DNA of 64,000 nt from Vairimorpha necatrix. Taxonomy: Eukaryota. A program made the translations under genes and the position numbers. Each line of letters opens with the position of its first letter. The first letter of the stretch is position 1. A model generated the notes under the pieces. That model did not search any database. It saw only the letters and a list, made by a program, of their open reading frames with translations, and was not told where the DNA came from. The DNA lies in assembly GCA_036630325.1 (NCBI GenBank), contig CP142731.1:434001-498000 (forward strand), read 5' to 3'. Of the stretch, positions 46,046-57,055 are shown one piece after another.

Positions 46046-49000
46046 TGTGGTAGACTACCACCTAGTAATCAGCAATGTAACCAATAATCAGCTTTTAAAC
46101 AGTTTCATGTTGAAACTCAAGATTCTCATCAATAATCTAAAACAATAGTTTCATAATAAAATATAAAAGAGAAAATTTTGTAAATAAATATGGTTTTCAA
46201 CAGAAACAACTCTTTTAACTACTCAGCTCACTCTTCACCTTACACCGGTTACCATACGTTGAATTCAACGTTCAAAGATTCAAGACCATCTAAAGCTTCA
46301 AGAAGAAACAACATCTTATCAACTCAACCTAACTTAACAACTCTACCTCAAGAACCAACGGAAGCATTTACATTCGCTACCAAAGTAGGCGAGCAAAAAG
46401 GACCAAATATTCAAATCGAAAAATTATACGATCTCGATTTGCAAGATGTCCATAAATGGACCGATAAATACAGAAACATAATCAACTTGTCGTCAATGGA
46501 AGAACCCACAGCATTATATACGTTACATCTCTTAATCAGTCCAGAACTTCTCTATATTATAAACCCAGCATTGGATGCAGAGGAAGCACTTCAACTTTTA
46601 GTAAACCACTATTATAACCCATCAAGATTTTCAATCTTCATCAACCAACTAAGGAATTTGAATTACAAAAACTACAACAATATACAGCAGTTTACAAAAG
46701 CATTTTTAACAATTCTAACTAAGTGTAATTTATGTTTACAAATTAATGAAAGGCTCACCACTCGAGAAAAGAATGAAATTTTTTGCAGAAGCTTGCCATT
46801 TTGGATGAAACAAGAAATAGTAAGAAGTTCAGAAAACAGCAACTTTGAAAGCCTAGCTAATCTTCTAGCACCCTTGGAACTATTACGCAACTCATCAAAC
46901 TATGAACAAAGGGAAGAAAAAACTGAAAGAAGATCTCATCTAAACTATTTTAGAAAAAACTCTTGTAGTACAAATCAAGACGATTTAAGACAACATAACC
47001 GAAATTCCCAGTTCCCATCACAAAAATCTATTAATCAATGGTGCAAATACCATAAAACCACGAAACATAGCACGGAAGAATGCAGGAAGATGAAATCATT
47101 CAATCAAAATAAAAGTCATAATAATTATTCATCTTTTAACCTAGTTCGAGAAAAACCTACAACACCAGACAAAATTGAATTTATGGGAACAATAGAAGGC
47201 GCACCAGTTACGATTCTATTCGACCCTGGGGCCACACTTTCATACATTTCAGAAAAAACATCCAGAAAATTAAATTTAAAACAAATCGAAGTGGATGGAA
47301 AATTGGTCGCAGAAGTCGCAAATGGAGACACCATCAAGATCAATCATAAGACCGATATAAAATTTAGATTGGACGCAATTAAAGATACAACATTCAAACT
47401 TTCCGCATTCATTATGCCAGGCATGAGACAAGACATTACTTTAGGACTCCAATTTTTAGGAGCACAAGACTTTAAGATGGACCTGAAGGAAGGATTGATC
47501 TCATTGAACAATAAGGAAATAGAAATTCCAGGTTTTAACACGTTCTATAAAACTCATCCTGATAAAGAAATTATAGATAAAATATTTAACATTCACTCAG
47601 AACTCATTAGTAACAAAATAAAAAAAGCTAAAAAAGAGAATAAGGAACTAGGAAAAATTGAGACGATTACACATAGTATTTCACTTAATTCTGCGCAACC
47701 AATAACCTCGAAACCGTACGCGATACCGACCAAATTGTATCAACAAGTTAAAGACGAAATTCATAATTTACTTAAAAATGGAATTATTCGAGAAAGTTAC
47801 TCACCCTTCGCATCTCCCGCTTTTCCAATCCAAAAGAAGAATGGCAACATAAGACTCGTTATCGATTATCGTAAACTTAATAGTATCACAGTAAAAGAGG
47901 CCTTTCCCTTCCCTAGCTTAAAGGACCAAGTTCACGGCTTATATGGATGCTCTAAATTTTCTCAGTTAGACTTAAACAAAGGTTATTATCAAATTCTCGT
48001 ATCAGAAGAGGACATACCGAAGACCTCCTTCATCACTCCGTTTGGTCAATACGAATTTTTACGGATGCCTTTCGGATTAACAAATGCACCAAGAACGTTC
48101 CAACGAGCAATGCAATCCATACTCGGCGACTTACCTTTTGTCAAAATATTTTTAGACGATATTTTAATACATAGTAAATCTACAGAAGAACATGCTATAC
48201 ACCTAAAAACAGTTATAGAAAAACTTCAAGGAGCAAATTGTTCTATCAATTTCGACAAATCCGTATTTAACAAGAGCGAAGTTAAATATTTAGGATTGAT
48301 TATCGACAAGGAAGGAATTAGAGCCGACACATCGAGAATTACATCTATTGATTTAATTAATAATCCAACTACAGTAAAGCAAGTACAAAGATTACTTGGA
48401 ATCTTTAATTGGTTTCGAGATTTTATTCCAAATTTAAGCACTAAACTCGCAAAACTGAACGCAAAATTATGTAAAAAAGACAAAGAAAAATTCTGTTGGA
48501 CAGACGAAGACACAAACATCAAACAAGAAATTATCCAAATTATTAAATCACAAATACTATTACATCATGCCGATCCCGAAAAAGAATTTCAGCTAAGAAC
48601 AGATGCAAGCGATCATGGTATAGGAGCTATCTTATGTCAAGACACAAAAATAATAGGAATCTTTAGCAAGAAATTCACATCTCCCGAAAAGAATTACACA
48701 ACTATTGAAAAAGAACTTTTAGCTATCATTGAAGGCCTTAAACATTTTAAAAATCTGATATTTGACACTAAAGTAACCATTTACACAGATTCAAAAAATT
48801 TAACCTTTCTTGGCTCAGCAAGCTCACAACGTGCCCAAAGATGGAAAATACTTCTAGAGGAATTTAATTCTTCAATAAAGCATATAAATGGCAGTGAAAA
48901 CCAAGGACCCGATTACTTTTCGAGAATATACAGCATCCAATCGATTACCAAAAATTCGAAATTTCCCATCTTTTACACTCTGAAATCATTATACAAGGCC

Positions 49001-50303
49001 CAAACCGATAACCCTGTGCCGCAACACATTAAAAATAATCTAGGGTTAAACTGTACACAATTTGACAATTACAATCTTCTCCATTCAAATTATAAAATAT
49101 ATGTTCCTGAAAGAAACGCCAAAAAATACATAAAAGAAATTCATGAATTCCTCAATCATGCCGGAATATCTCGGTTATACAGTACAATTGCCAAATTTCT
49201 TAAAATTTATCAGTTACGAAGTCTCATCGAAGAAGTAATAAAGAATTGCAGAGTTTGTGAAATAAATAAACCTAGGAGAACAAATTATGGCTACGTTTCT
49301 GGTTTCCTACATTCTACAACAAAGTTAAAAAACATTGCATCGGATTTATATGGACCGATAGATCTTCGTCATTTCCAAGAGGAAGGTAAAGGCTATATAC
49401 TATCAATAGTCGATAGCCACAGCAGATATACGAAATTAATTTTACTGTTGTCTATTACAGGGGAAAAGGTGGTTAAAGAAATAGAATCAAAATGGATCAA
49501 AGAATTCGGACCACCATCGAGTATACTTACTGATCAAGGACGTCAGTATACTTCAAGTGAATTTGAAAGATTTTGCCAAAGGTATCACATTAAGCATAAA
49601 ATGACATCAACCTACAACCCTACTTCTAACAGCATAACAGAAAGAACAAACCAACTCATCGGATTAGGACTACGATGCAATTTGGACAATAATATTGGTG
49701 ATGTGATTCACAAGATTCAGGAGGGAATAAATAACAGTCACAACCGATCAGTCGGATTTTCGCCAAACGAAATAATTAACAACCATAGTATCTTTGACCC
49801 AATTCAAAGACCTTTAAATTGCAGCGAGGGAAATGTAAACCGGATAGCAATTACAGAAGCGAAGAAAAATAATATTATATTAAATTCAAAACGGCAAACA
49901 CAATTTAAATTTAAAATTGGAAATTACGCTTATGAAAAAAATATATTTAGGACGAAGTTAGACCCTCATTGGTTAGGACCCTTTTTAATTATGGACGTGA
50001 AAGCGAACAACAATACAGTATTGGTAGATAAAATCGACAAGTTACAGTGGATCAATATAAAACGACTTAGACCCTCTCGACGGGGGGAAACCTGTGGTAG
50101 ACTACCACCTAGTAATCAGCAATGTAACCAATAATCAGCTTTTAAACAGTTTCATGTTGAAACTCAAGATTCTCATCAATAATCTAAAACAATAGTTTCA
50201 TAATAAAATATAAAAGAGAAAATTTTGCAAATAAATATGGTTTTCAACAGAAACAACTCTTTTAACTACTCAGCTCACTCTTCACCTTACACCGGTTACC
50301 ATA
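46046..50303 (+). mobile_element. Intact young Ty3/gypsy element, palindrome-PBS type
   Basis: 211-bp LTRs (46046-46256; 50093-50303) with one mismatch seen; TSD ATCTT; PPT ggggggaaa; termini TG..TA. Confidence 0.97.
46190..50134 (+). CDS. Single-ORF Gag-Pol polyprotein (Gag, PR, RT, RNase H, integrase)
   Basis: 1314 aa uninterrupted; WCKYHKTTKHSTEEC, LFDPGAT, FLDD, TDASD, HHCC, DLYGP/TDQGRQY/ITER, GPF. Confidence 0.96.
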   Translation: MVFNRNNSFNYSAHSSPYTGYHTLNSTFKDSRPSKASRRNNILSTQPNLTTLPQEPTEAFTFATKVGEQKGPNIQIEKLYDLDLQDVHKWTDKYRNIINLSSMEEPTALYTLHLLISPELLYIINPALDAEEALQLLVNHYYNPSRFSIFINQLRNLNYKNYNNIQQFTKAFLTILTKCNLCLQINERLTTREKNEIFCRSLPFWMKQEIVRSSENSNFESLANLLAPLELLRNSSNYEQREEKTERRSHLNYFRKNSCSTNQDDLRQHNRNSQFPSQKSINQWCKYHKTTKHSTEECRKMKSFNQNKSHNNYSSFNLVREKPTTPDKIEFMGTIEGAPVTILFDPGATLSYISEKTSRKLNLKQIEVDGKLVAEVANGDTIKINHKTDIKFRLDAIKDTTFKLSAFIMPGMRQDITLGLQFLGAQDFKMDLKEGLISLNNKEIEIPGFNTFYKTHPDKEIIDKIFNIHSELISNKIKKAKKENKELGKIETITHSISLNSAQPITSKPYAIPTKLYQQVKDEIHNLLKNGIIRESYSPFASPAFPIQKKNGNIRLVIDYRKLNSITVKEAFPFPSLKDQVHGLYGCSKFSQLDLNKGYYQILVSEEDIPKTSFITPFGQYEFLRMPFGLTNAPRTFQRAMQSILGDLPFVKIFLDDILIHSKSTEEHAIHLKTVIEKLQGANCSINFDKSVFNKSEVKYLGLIIDKEGIRADTSRITSIDLINNPTTVKQVQRLLGIFNWFRDFIPNLSTKLAKLNAKLCKKDKEKFCWTDEDTNIKQEIIQIIKSQILLHHADPEKEFQLRTDASDHGIGAILCQDTKIIGIFSKKFTSPEKNYTTIEKELLAIIEGLKHFKNLIFDTKVTIYTDSKNLTFLGSASSQRAQRWKILLEEFNSSIKHINGSENQGPDYFSRIYSIQSITKNSKFPIFYTLKSLYKAQTDNPVPQHIKNNLGLNCTQFDNYNLLHSNYKIYVPERNAKKYIKEIHEFLNHAGISRLYSTIAKFLKIYQLRSLIEEVIKNCRVCEINKPRRTNYGYVSGFLHSTTKLKNIASDLYGPIDLRHFQEEGKGYILSIVDSHSRYTKLILLLSITGEKVVKEIESKWIKEFGPPSSILTDQGRQYTSSEFERFCQRYHIKHKMTSTYNPTSNSITERTNQLIGLGLRCNLDNNIGDVIHKIQEGINNSHNRSVGFSPNEIINNHSIFDPIQRPLNCSEGNVNRIAITEAKKNNIILNSKRQTQFKFKIGNYAYEKNIFRTKLDPHWLGPFLIMDVKANNNTVLVDKIDKLQWINIKRLRPSRRGETCGRLPPSNQQCNQ

Positions 50304-50943
50304 ATCTTATTTATTATAATCTCGAAATTGTTGATTAACCTATAAGGTTCTGAATCTTTATACGCCAACAGTTATAACACGATCTTTAGGAGGAGAACTC
50401 ACAACATGCGTATTTTCTCTCAAAACATGTTTTAAATCATTCTTATTAGTAAATGCATTTAAAATAACATGATTCAAAAATTTTGTAGCTGGAATTTCTA
50501 TCACACCTTCCCCATCATATTCAAAACAAAACACCTTTATTACATGTTGATTGCCAGTAATCATCAACTGCTGCTAAATACAACCTACCTGATTCAAAAA
50601 TCAAATCTATTATCTTACAATCTAAAACATTTTCAGTTCTCATTTCTAGACCACCTTTACATTCTTCATCATAGCATTTTAAATTAATGTTATCTTTAAA
50701 AATCAAAATCATTCCATGATTTCGTTTATGGGGTCGTTCTTTTACTATACATGTACCCTCGTAAGGCACAATCACGCAATCGGTTTTAATGATATGTACT
50801 AATAATTTGATATAAGGCAGTCTATAAGCCGCCAAAATTGCTACAGATCAATTAAAAAAGCACATTTTACAATAAAAACCCCGTCTACATTCAAACTCGT
50901 TTGTTTTCTGGGAGTCGCAGGTGGCCTTCCTGGCATTATTGAA

Positions 50944-53738
50944 TATCACCGTCCGGAGCGGACGCAGGGGAAAATGCTTACTGGAGAAGGGTAAAAAATT
51001 AAGTAAAAAAATCGTTGGTTTTTCTTTGTAATTTGTATATTAAAAGTATAAATTTTAAAAGCATGAAAATAAAATTGGATAACAATGAAAGACAAGAAGT
51101 TTTTGTCTTTTTACAGACTGGTATCGTTCCAATAAGGTAGGTTGAAAGACAAGTAAGAGACGCTTTTAGGAAAAAAGCAAAAAAATTTATCCTTTTTGAG
51201 GATGTAATTGATGGTATCACAGAGCTCACGGTGAGATTTAAAGTAGGTCTAAAAAGAACGTTAAGATTCTTTACCACAAACGAGCAATGTTTACAAATTG
51301 ATCCACGTCTCAAATGGGCATTCGGGACGGGACAGATTATTTCCATTATTGCAAACAAAAGTCTACGACGCAACCAAAAATGATATCCAGAGAGTTTTGA
51401 ATAGCTGTGGAATATGTCAATCAAAGAGAAATCTAGTAACTAGACCAGTTATTAGACCAATTTTATCAAAATATCCAAGGGAAAGATATGTTGCAGACTT
51501 GATTGATCTCCGTCTAAATCACGAACTCAATGAAGTATATAAATGGTTATTAAATGTTGTAGATTCTTTTACCAAATTTTGTTGGACGGTACCAAAATAT
51601 GACAAATCAAGTATTAGTGTAGGGAATGCTTTTGAAACATTGTTTGGGACGTTTGGCCCTTGTTTTATACTTCATACTTATAACGGCAGAGAATTTGTAA
51701 ATCAAGTACTCGTCGATTTATGTCAGAAATATGAAATAAGACACGTAATGGGGAGAGCTAGATGTCCATGGATACAAGGACAGATAGAACGATGCAATAA
51801 AACAATAAAGTGGATGATTGCATCTACTTACAGGACAAAAAATATTTTGGGTCAATGGACCAAAGTACGTGAAGAAGTTACCTGGTCATATAATAATTTA
51901 AGACACATTACTACGAGACAAACACCATTCTCTTTAATGTTTGGAAGACCCATCAGGGAAATAATGAACGAATCTAGAATCACGGGTATTCTAGATTCGT
52001 TTAATAGCGAAAATCAAAAACAATAAAGTGAGAACGAAGAACGCGCCGAAGAAAGTTTATCAGATGTTCTAGATTGCAACACCAATGAAGAAATACAGTA
52101 ACTATATGCTCTTAATAAACAAAACCTTTTTTTAAATGAAATTTATTATGAAGGAGCTAGAATTCATACACAAACTGCTGCAGATAGAATGGTACAAAGA
52201 AGTATGTGGAGAAATGATTTCTTAGAATTTAAAATAGGAGTTAGAGTCCTTATAAGACCTTATCTGGACAACAATGTCAATACCAGAAGCCATTCGCTTT
52301 ATGAACATTTAGATGCAGAAATCTATGTTGTAACCGACATAATACAATTTAATAAAGTGAAATTATGCAGAGAAGATTATAATAGAATTATTATAGATGA
52401 AATAAGTACTAGGGATCTTAGGTTGCTTGGAAATGAATAAAGTACTAAAAATTTTGTTTATAATATTTTTCTCCTTTTTTCATTATTCCCTCCCATTATT
52501 ATAAAAAAATAGCAAAAATTTACCTCTCAAAAGATCGAGACAAAATTTGGGCAATCATTTAAGACGAACATTTGGCTAAAAACAGCTTTAGTGTAAAAAA
52601 AATGGGGGGGGGGGTCAAAATTTTTAAAAAATTGCCCCTTTTTTTAAAAAAGGAAGGGAATGCTGAGCAATGAAGAAATTATAGATTTTTATGAAAACCT
52701 ACAAAATAAAAAATATAAACAAAAATGTACAATTTGTGGTTGGAATACATCTAGAGTATCCAATGAAACAGCTTTTCTTAGATGTAAGTTTCTCAAATGC
52801 GGCCAAAGATTTTCAATATGGAATAATACTCTATTTTCAAATAGTAAGATAGATCATATTCTTATGCTGAAAATTGTTAATCTATGAACAATGGGACTTA
52901 AAGTAGCGCATATTTCTAAAATTTTGGACTGTAACATACAAAATGTAACTTCTACACTGGAAAAATTATATAAATTAAAAATATATGAGAAATATATAAA
53001 TAAAACAAAGCAAATAGGAGGCGAAAATACTATAGTGGAGATCTATGAAAGTAAAATTGGCAAAAATAAGCATCATAGGGGAAGATTAGTTAAGGGGGTT
53101 TGGTGTTTCGGTATGGTGGAACGAACCGAAGCAAAGAAGATTATATTCATAATTATAAAGAAAAGAGACAGGGATACATTATTTCCAATCATGTTTAAGC
53201 AGGTAAAATGCGAATCCGTAATTCATTCGGATATGTGGAGGGCGTATGCAACGTTAAAAAATCATTATGCGGACCATAGGACTGTGAATCACAGTCAACC
53301 CTTTAGAGACAGAGAGACAGGTGTGCATACAAACACCATAGAAGGAAATTGGAGGTCTTTAAAGGCCTCTATACCTAATAGGTGGAGGACTTATAAACTT
53401 GCTGAAATATATTTAGTTCTATATATGATTAAAAGAAACGAGAGCAAAGAAATCTTCGAAGCATTATTAAAATTATGTTTTTGATATATTTTATTTATTT
53501 TAAATTTAATTTTCATGCATTTTTATATCTTAATTATATTTTATTTTTTTTCTTCATTGCTCAGCATTCCCTTCCTTTTTTAAAAAAAGGGGCAATTTTT
53601 TAAAAATTTTGACCCCCCATTTTTTTTACACTAAAGCTGTTTTTAGCCGAACATTTATTTGTTCTTATTTTTTGGTTCGATCCTCACTGAAGAGATTTTT
53701 TTGAATTTTTTTCATGGCATCCGCTCTGGACTGTGACA
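50944..53738 (+). mobile_element. Ginger-like (retroviral-type integrase) DNA transposon A, pseudogenised, with nested Merlin
   Basis: 22-bp TIRs (tatcaccgtccggagcggacgc / gcatccgctctggactgtgaca, 18/22); integrase 51063-52440 with HHCC, ADLID, HTYNGREF, QGQIER; no RT or gag. Confidence 0.82.
52574..53648 (+). mobile_element. Merlin DNA transposon (transposase 52660-53484, one in-frame TGA)
   Basis: ~100-bp TIRs starting GG; perfect 8-bp TSD GAACATTT; HSDMWRAY and HTNTIEGNW motifs. Confidence 0.95.
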
Positions 53739-55827
53739 TTTGTCACGAGCCCAGCTGGTTACCAAAAAAAAGAATTTTTTCTAAAAATAACCTCAAAAAG
53801 GTATTTAAAACGCTCTGGGGAGTTGTTTGACAGGTTTAACATAAAACCTATTTCAATAACACTCAATATTTTAATTTAATTATAAAAAATATTCGAAAAA
53901 AAATAAAGACATTTTTCTTAAGAATTTTCACTACTGTTATTTCTAATTTTTATAAAAATTTATCTTCTATTTGGTATTTTGGATTTAAAAAACTTACAAA
54001 ATTTCAATTAATATTTTTATCAGTATAATTTTTATTATAATACGCATTTTAAAATTATACAAATATTTTCAATTATAAAAGTTGTTTGTTATAAATTTAA
54101 ATACTAATATTTTACTAAAAAAACTATATTTTAATAAATTAAAACTGGTTACACGTCGAATTATATTTCAATTTTATTTTAGAATAGTTTGTAATTGTTG
54201 AAAAGTTAAAAATATCATTTACACAATGAGTTAGTGAATATCAATGATTGGTCTTGAGCATCGTAAACAAAGATTATAAATCTAGATTTCTGTAATTAAA
54301 TTAATTGTACAATGAAAATGTGACAATCTAAAAATATTATCAGTTGTTTAAATATAATTCGATATACTAATGACACATATATTTTTTATGATGAATTATA
54401 TTAACGCTGGAATAGAAATATGATAAGTATTGTAAAAAAAAAACTAGTTTAAATTTAAAAGTAAATTATAAAGAATAAAAACTCAATTTAACAAAGCTTA
54501 ACTATTTTTTTATTTTTTTTTACCAAATTCATAAACCAAATTTCTTTAGAATCTTTAAACTTAACCTTTAACCTATTATTAGATAAAATTTCTATTACTT
54601 CTCCAGGTTCAAAATAAAACGGGCTTAATTTTGAATTTTTTGTTTTGGAATTAGCATCAAAATCTTTTTTTAATATTACTTTATCTCCTATAACAAAATT
54701 ATTGATAGAACGATGAACGCATTTTTTGTCCATTCTTAAGAGATATTTTCCGTCTACCATAGATCTATTTTCTCGCCCAAAGTCAAAATCCAAGTCTTCA
54801 TCTTTGATTTCCTCATCGTTAATACTGCTTTTACAAGTATTATATCCTGTGGTATAATGTATCATACCACATGATTGTTAAAACCAATAAATACTTAAAC
54901 GCTGATGCTTCTCCGGAACGATCAGTTATGATCGACTATTATTGGTCAGCCAAATCTTATTTCTTTCTATTGGTTACTATGTTATATAAATAGAGAAATT
55001 TTATGAACAACATGGTACAACATCAGAACGCAAACAAACACTCTTCCTTCTACAAATCAGATAAATAAAACTCTTTTCATAACAATAAACAATCCTTTCC
55101 CTCTAACTCTTTTAACTCCGGTTTTCACGGCTCTCCAAACCGTAGCATCATTGAATGCTTTCTTGCTACAGGCAAGCTTCCCGGTAAACACGCCATATCC
55201 CTTTCTTCCATAAAATAATTCAAATGGAGATTTTTTAGTTGCAGATTATACTGCGACGTTGTATTGATAAACAACTGTGTCAATGAATAAGACCCAGTTT
55301 TTATTATTTGGACCAAATTCTGCTTAGAGGTGTTTTTGTAAGTATCGAGTAATTGTTTGATTTAATCTCTCAACTTGACCTTGACTCTGAGGATGCCCGA
55401 GTCTGCCATGAACTAGTAAAATTTTATTCTGATCGCAGAATTCAGGTAAAAGTGAATTTTTAAATTCTTTACCATTATCACACTGAAGTTCACTAGCAAG
55501 CCCGTACCGATTAAAATTAAATTTTAAATGTAATAAAACTTCCGAAGCAGTTTTAGTTTTCATCACAGAAGTAAATGCATACTTAGAATACACATCTATA
55601 GCAGTAGTAACAAACTATTTCCTTCGTTTTGGTCGACATAAACCTTCATGTCTACCAGGTCGATAATAATCCTCTCAAGGGGCCTTTTAGCTAATATATG
55701 CTTGTAGGTTTCCTTTGTTTTTAGAGGTTGTGCCTGTGAACAAACATTGCACTCTTTGCAAACCTCACACACAAGACTTCTTGAAATAGTGAAGTAAAAT
55801 TACTTACACAACACACATAAACGATTG

Positions 55828-57055
55828 GGCGCTACTTCATTTTCTTGCCCCCCCCCCCCTAAAAAAAACATTAATAAAAAGATACGAAATCGTGTTATTT
55901 TTCAAATCTAAACATTTTTTTTTTTTTTTGAGGGGGGCAAGAAAATGAAGTTAAGGTATTTTTTGTCGATTTGAAAATTTTTAAATGCCTCCTGCAGATT
56001 CCTCATTAAGGGGATAAAAAATTTTAATTTTTTATCCCCTTAATGAGGAATCTGCAGGAGGCTATTCGAGAGCTAAATATCTGCGAAGATGCGTGCTTTA
56101 GGAACAATGAAGCAGCAATTGATTTTTTTTAGATAATGGTCTTCTAAAAAGATCGATTGCTTGCAGACATTGTTCGACATCAGAACGAACTGTTCTTATG
56201 AACATTAGTGGATGTTCCGGCTACATTGACGGTAAAGCTTATCGTTGTGTTAATAAAAAGTGTAGTTCGAAGAGCTCACTTAAAAATGGTACGATGTTTA
56301 AAGGAATAAGCGTTCCATTTCACAAAATTCTTAGAGCATTCTATTGCTGGGTATTTAATTATACTACTTACCAAGCAATAGATCTGTGCAAAATATGTGA
56401 AAATTCATATATTAAAATCAAGGATACAGTGATGGAAATCATTGCTTCTAAAAAGCGAAGATAGCTACCAAATTGGAGGAACTTCTGTTCGTGTACAATT
56501 TGATGAAACCGCCATATGCAACGGGTTAATTGTATCTAATCCTTCTTCAAGTTTGGATTCCATGCCTGGAATTCAATGGATTATAGGCGGCATAGTAGAA
56601 GGTAATTGTAGAGAATTTGTTCTTGAATTGCTACCTAACCGATAATCTAGTACTATAGAAGACTTTTTTAGACGCAGAGTAAAACCTGGCTCTATTATAA
56701 TTACTGATGGATACCCTTCATATCCATCAGCCTCTAGAAATTTTGGCAGTGAACATTACATAGTAAATCATTCGCTTGGATTTATAAATGCAGAAGGAGA
56801 CCACACAAATAATATAGAAAATTTGTGGTCCCATTTGAAGAATGAGTATAGATCTAGAAGTGGGCTTAAAAGGCATAGGATTAATTTATTTCTAAAAGAA
56901 TTTGCTTGGAAAAAAAGAAATATCAATCATTCTAATAATGATGATCATAGATGTGCCTTTATAAAAATTTTAGAACTTTGTAGGTTTGAATAAATAAAAT
57001 TTCCTCTAAATAATTTTTTTTTTCTAGGGGGGGGGCAAGAAAATGAAGTAGCGCC
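55828..57055 (+). mobile_element. Merlin DNA transposon inserted in the Ginger B zinc finger (transposase ~56043-56993, disrupted)
   Basis: TIR GGCGCTACTTCATTTTCTTGCCCCCC; perfect 8-bp TSD AACGATTG; VQFDETA, ITDGYPSY, HTNNIENLW motifs. Confidence 0.95.
55987..56062. repeat. Perfect 37-bp-arm palindrome with 2-nt loop over the transposase CCC motif and ATG
   Basis: gcctcctgcagattcctcattaaggggataaaaaatt-tt-aattttttatccccttaATGaggaatctgcaggaggc. Confidence 0.97.

Larger units (their letters stand above)
42245..50936 (-). pseudogene. D5-like (superfamily 3) helicase gene with UL52/PrimPol-type Zn finger, split into 50309-50936, 44850-46045 and 42245-42577
   Basis: CIVKERPHKRN...KCYDEEC; D5_N-like LPMKTCVYDLKT; Walker A FTGVGSDGKS; Walker B FVSEP; IKKLCGSDEISARNLY; DYALWRRVKIIPLESKFV; frame continues across the CAAAC TSD. 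Confidence 0.85.

Noticed and set aside
53673-53683. B-box-like GGTTCGATCC
   Set aside because: No A box or cloverleaf; lies in the subterminal part of Ginger A.
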